Positions 36,057-49,383 are shown, counted from the whole stretch's first letter. The stretch: 49,383 nt of DNA, filler included, from Sphacelaria rigidula (GCA_964200075.2; 3 parts of 3 records of this genome joined end to end with filler, not necessarily neighbours in it), one strand, 5' to 3'. Notes: generated by a model not told the origin, from the letters alone. Program-made: numbers and translations.

Positions 36057-38338
36057 TAATGAAAAACAAATCTGCAGTCAACATTATTACTCGATACTGT
36101 ACCACAACGGCAACCAAAATCAACACAAAAAAGATCAACGAGTCGACAGTAGGTCTGAGCGAACAAGTACTAAGAAAAGCCAACAACTCATATGACGAAA
36201 GTTAGAAATTCTAGGTGAAATGGGTCCACACTTTACAGTGGTGATTACTGTCAACGGAGCATACAACGCACTAACGACTCAACCACTATCAACGTCATTT
36301 CAAAGTCATATCTGCTGTATTTAAGGTTATCTTCCGTACTATCATTTGTTTCCACTTTGGCCACCATATAACGGAAAGAGGGAGAGAGGATCGCGTTCCC
36401 AGCTGTCAAGCAGCAAGCATATTTGCTGCAGACTGTGGACCAAACGCTCTTATTCATTGTGGGCGTACCTTCCAAACAACGGAACAAACGAAAAGACCGC
36501 CGGGGGTACGTTGCCGCGAAATAGCTGTGAGGAGCAGGAAGCGACGCGTACGGGCAAGGAGCGCTGTATAGTAGGTGAGGAGCTGCAGTGGTGGAAGCCG
36601 GGAGGGAACGTCTGTCGGGAGTTAGCCTGAAAAACCGCCCGTACTCCTTGCCTCCAGTTAGGTATGATAATTTCAGGGTTGGGCGTTGTGCTGTTGGGTA
36701 CTGCTCTTGGGATGGCATTTGAGCAAGCAGCAACCAACAGACAGTTCACTGAAGTGAGCGCTCTTGCTGCCGCGAAGTAGACAAGTTAGCGCAGGAATCA
36801 TCCCTCGTTCATCAGGCTTGTCGGGCGCGCTTTCGCGCACTCCTGTTTGGTCCGCCTGTGTGCAGCCGGGGTTCTAATCCTGCTGGATATTCGACACATG
36901 CCACACAAGTCGGTCGACCCAAAACACCGCAGTTGTCAGTACCAGCTGCCTGCTGCTGCTGTTTGTGCCATATTTTTGTTGTTATACCGCACCATAATAC
37001 ACTACGTCGCGATCCGTACTGTTCTCTACTGTACGGAGTGGCCGTGCGTTCGCGTGCGTCTGGTCGCCCTGCAAGGAACATGTTGTTCGGCAGGGGATGC
37101 AATGTGGCATGTTGTTTCCGCCAGTACTGTCGAAGTTCAAAGTACGTTCATCACGCATATATATGCATTGCGTTGATGTCACCGTTGATGTCACCACACG
37201 GGTCGTGCATTTAGAACAAAAATGCTTTCCGCAGATAAGTGAACTTCGAACTGTGATGAACCTTTCCAAAATGTTCGGGTCCCGGAGAACGACTTAACAG
37301 TCCTTTGAGTGTACTCATTATAGAGCATACTGTAGTACTCGTAGCATCCTCCGGAAGCGCTTGAGCTTTTCCAACTTCTCGTCCAAGGGTTAGCCTCCCC
37401 CGTGAGGTGGCTCTGTATTCGCCACTGGCTGCGTTACTCGACAGTGTTAACACAAGGCTGTGTCATCATCATATCACACTTGATATGCTCAGGAAGAGCC
37501 GTCCCTCTTTGCGCATTTCTGTTGTCGGCTTCCCCGTCAAGAATATCTGCTCCCTGCATTCGCATTTCGTCCTGGTGGTTTCCGTTTTATTCGCTTTATA
37601 CTCTACTATTTACTACCGAGTGTGCCTGTCTGTGTGCGTGAAAATTGTTTCCCTCGAGATGTGTGGGATACTTTGTTGACAAACTCCATCCCGATGTGTG
37701 GTGTTCGATTCTCTTTGTCTGTCTTTCTCGGCTATTTTCCGCTAGCTCTCCAAAAAATCACCACATCATTCCCTGAACAATTGGCCCGTCTGGTGAGATC
37801 GTCGCCTTCCCCAGCTGTGAACGTTACATGTAGCTCCCGTGCAGTTCTCCTTTCGTTCCGGAGTATCAACCATTTTCTGCAGCAATCAAGGATGAGTGCT
37901 GCGTTTTATCTGCTCGTTGGGCATTGTATTGTTATGTTGCACTTCTCATGAACAGACTATGGTATTTTTTTGGGATTGCGTAATTTCCGTTCGAAGTTTA
38001 TGGTTGATATACTTTCATCATCCATAATACCACGTAGCGACAACCGTCCTCCTCCCCGTCACTCCCCCCACCATTCCTCACACACATGAAGTTACATACC
38101 GTACTCTGCGCAGACGACTGCCGTAAGTTCCCCACCCTCAAAATGATCCCGACAGTTTGGTTTGTGTTGCCTTCACAAGCCGTCCACCCTTCGCGCCCTT
38201 GGCGCACTATAATCGAGGTCCACTAGAACTTCGAGATTTCCGGAGCGCTGATTAGTGAGAGATACGTCGCATCCCAAACCCTCCTATTCGTGCGTGCGGA
38301 GTATCTTCAGTAAGAGGCCAGCCTCACACCCTACTGTC

Positions 38339-38710
38339 TGTAACACAGGTCCTAGTCTGAGATACGCATGTACACGGCTAGTGGCCCTGTACTGAGGCAC
38401 TTGACCCGTGCGAAGGTCCGTCCATCCTCGGTCACCGAGGTGATACCAAGGTAGCATGGTGCCCTGGTTTGTACCGATCAGTACTGAGGTCAGTCGAACT
38501 AGCAATGTAGCCATGTCTGTTCATCGTATCCAGCAGGCACTCGGATGTCTCTCGTGTCGTGCGTGTATCTCTGTATTCACGGGGAGATGTGTACGGCAGG
38601 AATCTGCCTACTGCCGTGCCGTATGCTACGTAATGCTTGATTCAGACTACCCTGTGGAATTCAGAATACTCCCTTCTACGTGGGCCCGAGTTGGTAACAG
38701 GTGGTGGAGA
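38339..38710 (+). mobile_element. Possible LTR plus primer-binding site
   Basis: TGTAAC...GGTAACA (ends 38699), then TGGTGGAGA (38702-38710), complementary to a tRNA 3' end TCTCCACCA. The left boundary is uncertain. Confidence 0.4.
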
Positions 38711-40242
38711 AAATCCGTAATAGTCTTTATGACGAGGTTGAGAGCTTGGTATTCTTGTTCGCTCCGTCGATTGACCGTTCAAATGGTCCCTTGAGAAGTC
38801 TCGGAACGTGAACCTGGATCTTCGAGCACGTTGAGACCGACGCTTGTGCCATGAAAATGGATGCGCATATCGCTGCACAACAGCAATAGTAGTGTATGTC
38901 TCAGCAAAGAATACACTCTATATGTGTGCGGATGATATACGGCGTTGTGTTTCATTCCAGTACGGTACTGTCTGTAACGGTGGCGTAGTTTCCAAACGCC
39001 CTTGATCGGGTTCAAAACCAAATTCAGTACAGAACAACACACGAACACACATCATTTCCGAGTATGCCCTAGCTCGGACATATACTGGTTGTGCATGGCA
39101 TGCATTGCAACTAGTGAACAGGCTGAGAGCCCACTTTACCCTCTTCTGGGTCAGGGGGTTGATGACACGGTAAGGCGACATGCCCATGAAGTTGACGCAT
39201 ACATCCTCACGCTTTACACGAGGGCTTCTCGGTTGCACTATAATACTGTCGTACTGCTGCTGTTCGTCTCACAAATTTTACCGTTGAGCAGTTTGGCTAA
39301 CGGTACTGAAATGTTGTGCACGGTCTGTTGTCGCCTACTTGTCTACTTTCACCGTTAGTCCACAGTCAGTACTGCACTTTGTTCATATAGATACCCCGGC
39401 GGAGTGATGTTGGGACGCTGGTACTCTTCTGGGGGCACTATATGCACTGTACCGGGCTATCCTTCGTTTGGAGGTTCCAGTGTACTTTGTAAACGCGTTC
39501 TCCTCCACTCTAGAGGAGACCTGTAGGTGGTCAGTAGGTCCAAATTTTTGTTTGAGAGATCCGCTTCTACGGATGCAGTTCGTTTCACAACAGTATATGA
39601 TACCTAAAAACTGAAGACATACGAGTACCACGATCATGTGCATCCAACAGAGACACTTTACTGGACGACTACTACTGTACTTTGGTCCGTAATTCTGGAA
39701 AGTTCGATCTGCGATTTGCGGTTGGTTGAGCGGTGTGCAACCTTCGATCCACTTCACTGTGCATGCTGTTCAGATTGCGCGATCTCTGCAGTTCCGGTAC
39801 GTACGATACGTACACACGAGACGGTCATCTACGCTCCCCGCAGAAACAGGTTGTTCGCACGTTTGACTCGGTGCGACTGCATAAAAGGTATCATGCGCGA
39901 TCACATCCTTTTGGTGTTTCGGTTCGGGAGCGTTCTACATCGAGAACACCCCGGGCAAATAGTCCGTTGACTCCGGAGATGCACACCGGAATAGTCGTGG
40001 TTCCACCGACCGTCGTGTGGGACATGAGAACATACAAGTATACACATTTTTTGGAGGGCGCGGTATGCGGTAATAATCGTCTCGAGTCCTTCCTTCTCCG
40101 GGGGAGGACTTCAACCAAATGTTTTGCTTCATTTTTTTATTTTTTATTTCACGTACACCTTTATAGAAGTTCCGCCGCACCCGTTGACCCGCTTCGGTTC
40201 TGGTGGGGAGGAATCAAGGGCAGGTCGAGTGGAGTGTGCTCA

Positions 40243-40345
40243 GTTGTTGTTGTTGTCTTCACATGAAAAACCGTTCCGATACCTGCGCGCTACGTTCGTA
40301 CTGGGCATCCGATACGGACGCCTTCCGTGGTCACAGGGTAGCTAG
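40243..40345 (-). mobile_element. Short truncated family C copy
   Basis: (GTT)4 followed by the same terminal ~90 nt. Confidence 0.7.
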
Positions 40346-40395
40346 CTACCTACGAGCTGGGCGAGCCGAGAAGTGAAATTGTAATTTGCAGGCCC

Positions 40396-40830
40396 ATTCA
40401 CCGGCCAATATTTCACGGTTAGGACGAATCATCACGACCCAAAATCACCAAATTCACGATTTCTTCGGCCTGATCGCCCAAAAGGGAGGAAGGAGTTGAT
40501 CGCTGGTCCAAGGGGTATCCGCGCAATTTTTGCGCCATTCCACGTGTCTGGGCTGCGTGTACCTGGGTTGTAACACTGAAATAAAGCCCATGTTAGAGAT
40601 CGATTCGCCACGAGTCGTCTCATCATACTAAAACCAAGTAATTTCCAGACGAATCATTATTTGTCCGACCCTTGCAATATTTAGAATTGGAGCCTGAAAT
40701 TTGGTACGGACAATGAATAGCGCATGATGAAAGCAAATACCAGTGTACACAGGACTCTTTTTTTTCATGAGTTGAGGGTAATAATAAGTTCAACAATCAG
40801 TCCTACAACTCTCAATATTGGCCGGTGAAT
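40396..40830. mobile_element. MITE whose left TIR is split by the hAT MITE
   Basis: attcaccggccaatatt..aga.ttg.ag inverted with ctacaactctcaatattggccggtgaat. Confidence 0.65.
40414..40674. mobile_element. hAT-type MITE, inverted copy of the same family
   Basis: Reverse complement of 6514-6771; perfect TSD CAATATTT at 40406-40413 and 40675-40682. Confidence 0.85.
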
Positions 40831-41580
40831 AGGACGTGTAGTAACGGGGTCAGAAGAAATTCGGAACAGTATTTTGCAGGCCATTCGCCGGCTCACGTTT
40901 GGTGTGTGCGTGTTGAAACTTTGTGTGGGCCGTCGCTATGGTATAATTGACGTAACAGAGTGGGTCAGTTAGTTTGTTTTTTTGGGTTAGGGCGTTTTAT
41001 CATGGAAACGAGAAAAGACCATTTGTCCACGAGAACGCCCGAACGTCTCCCCCCCCCCAAAAAAAAAAAAATGAGGGTCCATTTTTTTTATTCAGCATAC
41101 CTCTGTGGTTCTTTACCCTGAGTTTCAAATTACAATTCTAAATATTGAGATAAGGCCCAAGAGGAGTGTAAATTTCTTGTCAAAACTGCCCTAAAAACGG
41201 ATTTTTTGTTTTGACGAATAAAAAATAAAAGCTGTTTCTTTTAGTTTTAGTATGCACTAGCGGTTCTCCATCGGAAATTATATAGCATAACTCTCAAAAA
41301 CTGAGACGCGATATCCAGATTAAGTCAATCTTGTGCCTCTGCTCGTGATATACTGAGTTTCGTATAGAACCTTATGTGCGCCATATCTCGAGATGGAGTA
41401 CGAGTGAGGTGAAGATAAGGGTATCTATCGTCTCCCCGTACTCCAGGGAATGTCCATACCAAAATTCGTCGTCATCCGCTGAATGCATCGACTGGGGGTT
41501 TCATAGAGATTTTGATCGGGACTCCATCTCCGTTAGGTGTAGGAATTACTAGACATATTTTTTTGAGACTCATACCTTGA

Positions 41581-42360
41581 GACCCACTTTTATGGCACGA
41601 ATGTCGATTTTTTCAAAATCGGGGGGACAAAAAATCGGGGAACACATGTTATGGACACGGATTTGGACCAAATCGGCGGCAAAAAAATCGGACACTTACG
41701 ACCTCGGGGCGGTTTCTCCCGATTTTTCGAACATGTCGGGGGAAATCGTCCCCAAGTCGGGACTTTCCCCGATTTTTTTGAGGTGACGTACGTGCAATGA
41801 CGTAAAATGCCAGAGTACGAGGCGTTTGATATTTTTTCAACGGCAGCAGAAGACAGTCTCGTGAGAGCAGCAACTTCGCACGGGGTTTGACGAGCGGGTA
41901 AGAAGTGCTGACGCCGTACCCTGCGGCGATAGTCATTTTTTATGCTGGGCTGCGCTGCCATATGTATCATTATAACGAACGCTACTGCTGTACCCTGCTG
42001 GCTGTTGTCGCTGTACTTGAGGGGTGATGTACGGCACTGCACTACTGAACTCTGCTCGCGCACTGTTTGTTCTCTGTTCTCGCAATACCGGCTATGCCAT
42101 CATGTACCACCACACGGCATCACCATGTACTGTACTGATATGTGTCCTGCCCTGTATTACCCTAGGGTACCAAGGATTGTTTACTGCCTGCCTGCTCTTC
42201 GGCTTCATGCACGAGTACGCGGTACCACACTCATGCAGAAAATGACCGTCTGTGCACAGAACCGATTCACAAATCTGTGATACCGTACTGTCTGTGCCGT
42301 AAAACGGTCCCCCCGATCGGGACCCCAAAAAATCGAGATTCGTTGCCATAAAAGTGGATT
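41581..42360. mobile_element. Non-autonomous TIR element
   Basis: ccacttttatggcacgaatgtcgatttttt inverted with aaaaaatcgagattcgttgccataaaagtgg; subterminal aaatcgg repeats. Confidence 0.65.
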
Positions 42361-42378
42361 TAATGCCAACTTTCATGA

Positions 42379-42819
42379 GAGCCGTTCGAAATTCCTGTCG
42401 AAAACTGCCTTGTGGGCCCTTCTCCGTCGATTTGCGCCCGAAAAGAGGGCTAGGCGGATGTTGACGCCTTGGAATGACTTGCTCCACTCGTTGAGACCGT
42501 TCTAGGGCAGCGTTGCATCTCCAGTGGCCGCAGTTTTGTTTTTGGCCAAATCAGGCCAAGCACGGGTTTTCAGTAAAGAACGAGCAGGTTATCAAAATTT
42601 CCCCCCGTTTTTTTATCGCCTGACCGTTTTTCATTGAGAAGCCGTGTTTGGCCAGAAATTAAAGTGCGGCCAGCGGGAAATGCAAAGTTGCCCTGGAACG
42701 GCTCAGTAAGTAGGGCAAGTCGTTCCGGGCGTCAACATCCGCCTAGCCCTTTTTTTTCAGGCGTAAAAGGACGGAGAAGGGCCAAAAAGGCACTTTTGAA
42801 CAGAAATTTTGAACGGCTC
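42379..42819. mobile_element. Foldback MITE related to 30737-31238
   Basis: Long inverted arms GAGCCGTTC..GAACGGCTC; shares taggcggatgttgacRccttggaatg with the 30737 element. A further partial copy lies at ~43605-43892. Confidence 0.75.
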
Positions 42820-42823
42820 CCAA

Positions 42824-43228
42824 CAGAGTCGGTCTACTAGTTGCCAAATTTTAGAAGACTAATTGAGGTCGTACCCGACCTACTCGATGATTGAGGAGAG
42901 TACTGAGGTCATGCTCATGTAATACTCCATGTTCATGTATTACTTACTCAAAAATTGAGTAGAGTATGTGATGTGAGGGTGTACTCAACCTACCCAAAAT
43001 TTGAGTACCGTGAAGTATTTGAGGCCGTACTCGACCTACTCAAAAATTGAGGAGAGTATTGAGGTCATACCCAAGTGATCAATACTCAGGTATTACTGAG
43101 AGGGCTTACTCAAAATTTGAGTACAGTATGTGAGGCCGTACTCGACCTGCTCAAAATTTTGAGTGGAGTAAATACTCGAGTGTTTTAGTCGAGTACTCAA
43201 AAGTGCATACTCTACTCGACCTGCCCTT
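42824..43228. repeat. Element built from short tactcgacctactcaaaaattgag repeats
   Basis: Several degenerate ~40-45-bp units; its end ctcgacctgccct matches inverted agggcaggtcgag at ~40217. Confidence 0.6.
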
Positions 43229-43359
43229 GGAAGGAACACATCACGTATCCGAGATGATGGAATCTGGCTGGGGCTTGACCTACTGGAGCTCCGCGTCTGG
43301 AGGACAACTTGTGCATTGAAGTGCAACAAGGCTCTGAATTTTTTAATGCCATTCACCCA

Positions 43360-43538
43360 GGAAAAGGGACTGCTGAAACCCTCTCGCGATAAAGAAGAGG
43401 CAAACACCGCAGAAGGAAGGCAGATAACCAGAACAAATAGAAAAGAAAGCTCCCCTGTTGACCTTTCTCCCGTGTGACTCCGGCTGGTGCGCCCACACAT
43501 ACCGGAAGGTGTAGACCGACTTCCAGAATGAATTGCAT

Positions 43539-43603
<65 letters not shown>
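43360..43603 (+). mobile_element. 5'-truncated family A retroposon with long (CA)n tail
   Basis: aagggactgctg..ataccggaaggtgtagacc, then (CA)n at 43540-43603. Confidence 0.8.
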
Positions 43604-43605
<2 letters not shown>

Positions 43606-43899
43606 GCTGCTTACGGGCAACAAAATTACAAACCTGGAAAATACTTTTTTCGAGTTTCTGCCCCGCTTTCCGTCCTACGAAAGGAGAGCTAGGCGGTTTG
43701 ACACCTTGGGATGCCTTGCTGTACTCGTCGAGACGGTTCCAGCATACCTGGGTATTTTGCCGGGGGCTACAGTTTTTCCTCGGAGATCCCTCCTTTTTCT
43801 CTGAACCCTTGAGTGAGGCGTGAAACGACTCAGGAGCTCCAAAGACGCAGCTTTCGATATATATTTTTTCTTGTTTACCGTAAGAAGCGGCCTCAGGTC

Positions 43900-44379
43900 G
43901 GGTCTTGGGGCGTGGCTTCGCGAAATATTCTTGGATCGAAAAAATGCGGTGGAAACAAATATCCTGGTTTCATGAATCGTGATTTCAACCATCTTCAATA
44001 TACACTACTATAGTCGAAACCACACCCTATTTCATCGGGATTTTTGTTTTCCACCGCACAATTTCACTCGAAAACTAAAGGCGTGTCCTGGACCGTGTCT
44101 CAGCACATCAGAAAATCCTAATCTGATAGGCTGTAATTTCAATCATATTCGAAATTAACGACGACGGTTGAAATTACGATCTAGCACATCGGGATTTTTG
44201 TTTTCCACCCCACTTTCGCGATCGAAAATGTGCTGTGAAAACAATATCCCGATGTGAAATGTCGTGATTTCATCTATCGTAGTTTTCTCCAGATGGTTTG
44301 AATCACAACCCATCAGATCGGGATATTTGCTTTCCACCGCCCTTTTTCGATCAAAAACTCATGTGCTAAGGACACGGCC
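43900..44379. mobile_element. Adjacent MITEs of the 31520 family
   Basis: Motif atcgggatttttgttttccacc (or near match) three times; TIR-like gaccgtgtctcagcacat / atgtgctaaggacacggcc. Confidence 0.6.
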
Positions 44380-45477
44380 TAATGTGCTAGGTAGGACATG
44401 CATAAAAAACGCCTCGCAGTTCAGAAATTCACTTTGTTTTGCTCTCGTTAGCGTCAATCAATGTCCGTGGCCGATCAAAAAGCATAGACGAGGGAAGTAT
44501 GCCGTAAAATCGCTGCAGTGCGGCCGAATCGATGGCACAGCCGTGTGAGCCGCAAAGTGGTGAGATAGCGCCCTTGTTTTTTGAAAAAAACAGAAGTAGC
44601 GCATCCACTGCGAACAACATATGGACACCGCACCGAATGGTGGAGTAAGCTACTGTATTCACAGCCTTTTCGACTACCCCCCTCCCCTCCCGTTTCACTG
44701 AGAAGTCCCAAGGAAGGTATTTGCCGTAGTTTTGAGCGCCGTTCACGTGCCGACAGCATCATCCTGTGGTTCGTTCGTGCGGGGTAGGTTTCTCATGAGC
44801 ATGCGACCAAGAGACGAGAAAAATTCTGTGCGGCGAGGCTAATTCTTGTTGTGCTACCAAAGTAAAACCTTCCGAGAAAACAAAACCTGTTTCGGTGATT
44901 CAGTGCCGATCATCGGCGGAATACGGATCTCGGCGGGTTGTACCCACCTCAGAAGAACTTGCTGTTGCACTCTCTCGGAGGATTCCCCACGTCGCACAGA
45001 TCAGCTCGTGACCGATCCGGGTAAGCTCACCGTGATCTGTCCGTTGGTGATCTGTAAGATCCGCTTGACCCGTACACATTTGCCGAGCGACGAGCTGTAA
45101 GATCCACTTCGGGCAGACTTCCGTATACGACTGATCTGGAGAACAGTTTCACCTGTACACCAATATCACATAGCTGTCAGTCATGTATCGTGGCTCAGGC
45201 AAACGCAGCAGCTTGTCGTAGACCCGCGCGATTGGGATCTCATGTAAACCGAAAGCTACCCCTTACCCGTGGACTCCGAATCTAGTGAACAAGAAACACT
45301 TTCCCGCACCCGTAAGATTCGGATCAAGTATACAAGAAAACAGTATTCAGTATACCTCACCTGCTAACCTGTATGACCCGGGCGGGTACAAGGCATGTTT
45401 ACAAGTCCGCAGGTCGACTGCAGCAGCCCGGCACATGGGGACATGACGTACGTATTTTATTCAGAGTGGTTCCACTG

Positions 45478-46050
45478 TAGGGGTGAGGAGTAGTGGATGT
45501 GCTTTTCGTACATGACAGGTATGTTCCAAGGTTGTGTTCTGTAGGGTACGGTTTTCTGTATACCCGGAGTTTGTTGCCGGGTATTTACCGTACCTAGGAA
45601 GACTTTCATACCGGTACCCGACAGTTCTGTATTCTCTCTATGACCTTCATACCCGTGCCCGATCGCTCTGTAATCTCTGTGAGCCTCCCGTACCGTTACC
45701 GAGGAGCACGGGTACGCTCTTTATGAGATATCTGATCGCGGGTACGCTTTTCTGTTTTTTTTATTGATTGATTGTCGCACTTTAACTGACCCCCCAGGGG
45801 CCCAGCCGTGGTCTCATGATAAACGTACCCAAGAACAACGAAACTGAAACACGCTCTGAAATCTGTGCAACTTCCATACCCAACCCGACAGTTTCTGTGA
45901 GTTTTGTCAGCCTCCCATACCCTTACCCGACAGTTCTGTGAGTTCTGCACAAAAACTTTACCCTAACCGGAGGGCCGGGTATGCCCTGAAGAAGTCACCC
46001 GATTACCGGTACCGTTATCCTGTAAGACTCCCATACCCCTACCCGGGGTT
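45478..46050 (+). repeat. Non-autonomous DNA-transposon-like repeat with internal tacccgacagttctgt units (copy 1)
   Basis: Collinear with 47274-48090. Confidence 0.7.
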
Positions 46051-47273
46051 AGCGTATACCATTATAGATTTACCCCATTGCAGGTATGAGCACAGGTATA
46101 TACCTCGGGCAGGTACGGATATAGGTTCAATCCAAACACAGGCTCGTGAGTTGAACATGTACCTCTTATCGATCAACCCGCCCAACTCCTTCATTCAAAA
46201 CTGCACACCAACAATATTTCAATTTCGAAAAGCTCTCAAGTTTGGAATGTGACGAGATACGAGGTACCGCTGAGTGAAAACACGAAACATGAGCAGCACT
46301 GCAGACCGTCGGGATGGATCATCCCCAGACACGAGTGGTGGCTCGAGCGGGGGCGGTTCATCTGCGCCACCAGGGGATCAAGTAGCGAGACGCACGTCAT
46401 CGACGTTGATGGTGGTTGTGTCGTGGTCATCAAACCCCAGACCGTTATCGACATGTACAGCAAAGAGTATGAGCTGACAACTATGTCGCGTGCCACAGAA
46501 AGTCGTCAAGGCCGTCGGCGTTTGTCGCGTGCCGAAGGGCTTCCAGAGAATGGGGAGTCGTGAATGCCAGTAGAGTTCACCACTTGGGATGGTGAGAAAT
46601 TTCTCGGATATATATAGGTAGACTTGATTTTATTGTGAACATCGAAAATCCGGATCTTTAATTGGGAGCTATGCTCCAAGCGTGCTCCTAGCTTGCGCAG
46701 AACGCGTTTTGGTCGAAATCGGCACCTGGGGCGCCGATTCGAGGTCTGGCAACGCACCCTCCTTCATGTACTCTCTGGGAGTGTACGTGTAGCCGATAGA
46801 TGTCGACGATCCGGTGCACATATACTACTGCGATTGTTTGTGTGGTCCTTCTTTATCAACCAGTGAACCTTACGAAATGTACGTGAACAATGGTTGGTAC
46901 TCGGTTTTACTTGATCTCAAAATGAACAAAGTTCTGAGAAAATTCATGGTCTGGGGCAGGTGAGCAGTAGACTCAGCTCGTCCAGAACGTGTTTTCGTCC
47001 AAAATCGGCTCAAAGGCGTCGGTTTGAGCTCTGGCAACGCACACTTTGCATAGAGAACACTCTGCACCCCCTTGCCCGAGGGTTCTCGGTATGCCTTCAT
47101 TGCATGGGGTTAGGGTTAGCGTTAGCGTTAGAATTGGCGCCATCTCCATTGTACCAACCATTGTTTACCTACAGTTCGTAGGGTCGCCTCTTATCAACCC
47201 CGTGAAGCCGTCCAGAGTTCTCGTGAACTGTCATGTATATTTCGCCTCCGTTGTAGTGACGTAGGTCCCACCA

Positions 47274-48090
47274 CAGGGGTGATGATATACCAAGGTCGTG
47301 TTTTGTAGGGTATGGTTTTCTGTATACCCGGGGTATTTTGCCGGGTATTTACCGTACCCGACAGTTCTGTAGTGTCTGTAAGGCCTTCATACCCGTACTC
47401 AATACTTCTGTAATATTTGTAACACTCCCGTACCGTTCCCGCCCGGGGGGAGGGGTACGCTCTTGATGAGATATCTGATTGTGGGTACGGTTTTTTGTGC
47501 AACCTCCATACCCTACTCGACGATTTATGTGAGTTCTGTAAGCCTCCCATACCCCTACCCGACAGTTCTGTGAGTTCTGTACAAGAACTCTACCCTAACG
47601 TGAGGGGCGGGTATGCCCTAAAAAAGTTACCCTATTACCGGTGCCGGTATCCTGTAAGCCTGCCATACCGTACCCATCACGTCCTGTAATTTCTGCACAC
47701 GTCGGACAGCTCATGAGCTACTGAAAATAACAAATCGAAGGGGACTCTCAGATTGCTCATCCAAAAACACAAATTACGTGACAGCAGGGCCCGAGAAGCC
47801 AAAACGCTACCTTTGCGCTTCTCCGCGTGCTCGGTGTCCAGCGCTGTAGGGAGAAAATATGGAAAAAACGATCACATGAGCTAGCTCGTGATCCGGATCA
47901 GTACACTAATAAGAAGTAATATTTAGGTAGCTCATGAGCTGTCCGACGTGTGAATTTCTGTAAGATTTTGATTCCGGTCCCCGATAGTTCTGTAAGTTAT
48001 GTAAGGCTTTCATTCCGGTACCCGATACTTTTGTAAGTTATGTAATGAATCACATACCCTACAAAACGTACCCGTACCTGACATAACACA
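47274..48090 (+). repeat. Same family (copy 2), hosting the 47696-47952 MITE
   Basis: Subterminal inverted ttttgtagggtatg / cataccctacaaaa; repeated tacccgacagttctgt. Confidence 0.7.
47696..47952. mobile_element. hAT-type MITE with 26-bp perfect TIRs
   Basis: TIR CACACGTCGGACAGCTCATGAGCTAC; TSD AATTTCTG at 47688-47695 and 47953-47960. Confidence 0.9.
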
Positions 48091-49383
48091 TTATGAAGGA
48101 CTGTTTTCGTATTTTATCGTACAGGGTGGACAGTCATGCGCGGCGGGAAAATCAAGAAACATGATGCAGCTATATGCTCAATTGACTCACCGTAACGTTG
48201 TTCGGCAAGCGTCGGACGAAAAATCCGGAGGAGAGTAAAGGACGTGTACATTGCCGGCGTCGATGAAGCACGGGTACCTCGCGCAAGCCTGCTCGACGAT
48301 CAGCCGTATGACCTTGTCGATCTGCGATCGGCCTGTATCCGTATGACCCGTTCAACCTTTCCACATTTCTCGTGTGGTGACCTGAAGGACCAGGTCGCCC
48401 CGTACACATGACGTGATGGATTATCTGTATGATCCGTGTGATTCGTGCGGGTCTGTCTGATGGTGATATGGATGACCCGAGTATTCGTTCAAACCTGCCT
48501 AATACGTGATTTGTATACTCTGTTCATCGGTACATCGCCTCGGTGGGCACACCGGAAGCAATCCGAATCAGGTGTACCCGAAACGTCAACAACCTGTGCG
48601 CCCTCATGACTCGCACAAGATGACCTCTCTCGTGATCGATGATACCCTCAACACGAGGACCGTTCCATGCCTAGTTGCACGGTGTCATGCGAATCGTGAA
48701 CGATGTGGGTCCCATAAAAAATGATTAGTCCGACGTGTGGAGGATTCGAGCGCACTTTTTTTACCGATATTTTTATGCGCTCAGTTTGACTTTTGATCGG
48801 ACAATCGCTTTCTCAACTAGCCCCAAGAATAATGTCAATGTATTTCTCTGACATCATCGCGATGTATTTTCTGGCAAAGGGCTTGGAGGTTTTTGTGGGT
48901 TGATCGAAAAAAATCGCGAATCCAGCCGAAGGTCGAAGTGGGCGTACGAACAGTTGGACAGGATTTCCCGAAGTGACACAATCCGCTAAGTCCCGTACTA
49001 GTTCTGTACTCCAGCGAAAATCATCGCTGAACACCCAACAACATGAACAAAAAAAAATCGGAGAGATGTTTTTCGTGCCACTGAGCTTGTTTCTCACGGT
49101 TCATATTTGCTGGAGAGCGGGGGCATGAAACATTGGACACGATTTTTCGCCCCCAAACAGGGATGATCGCCATCGCATTACCCTAGCGAGAGGAGTCCAG
49201 CCAACTTTTTCCGATTTGCTTTCCTCCGAGGTTTCAAGAATGGCTCCTGAACAATAATCTAGCTGGACATGAAATCAGTCTCGTGAGGGTGTCAATCACT
49301 TTCTCTCGGAGGGGGATGCGCACTCATTTGTTGCTTGCCTTAGTCGTTTGACCATTGACCACGCATCCCTTTCGAGACGAAGC

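Noticed and set aside
36249..36783. Solo LTR (TGTC...GACA) or the 160-aa ORF 36251..36733
   Set aside because: No TSD, no second copy in the window and no recognisable protein motif.
42850..43220. CRISPR-like array (also 45600-45950 and 13100-13760)
   Set aside because: Repeats are degenerate with no unique constant-length spacers and no cas genes, in a eukaryotic context; these are TE-internal repeats.
43093..43823. ORFs with poly-(CV) or poly-(HT); also poly-I at 16155 and poly-T at 32940
   Set aside because: Translations of microsatellites.
47108..47131. Telomere or interstitial telomeric array
   Set aside because: Only about four degenerate TTAG(G/C)G units; too short to call.

Overview
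Eukaryotic, intron-rich, repeat-dense genomic window. The exon/intron style, retroposon families and TTAGGG-like motifs suggest a brown alga or related stramenopile (inference only). It consists of three contigs joined by artificial 100-bp spacers (N44-TTAATTAATTAA-N44) at 16397-16496 and 32892-32991. The first contig carries one multi-exon minus-strand gene (~1.1-14.9 kb), which I reconstructed by hand with consistent splice phases. It encodes a long acidic, low-complexity N-terminus plus a CCDC82/DUF4211-like domain. The rest is almost entirely transposon debris: a decayed Ty1/copia element (18.3-22.4 kb) that lost its entire RT, tRNA-headed SINEs and other retroposon 3' ends, and many nested MITEs (hAT-type with 8-bp TSDs; PIF/Harbinger-type with TGA TSDs). 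The most interesting pattern is a shared TGTGACCACGG-like motif just upstream of five different simple-sequence tails ((CA)n, (AAC)n, (AAT)n, (TCAA)n, (C)n) in otherwise dissimilar retroposon families. I found no convincing wholly new biological system, CRISPR array, rRNA or intact tRNA gene.
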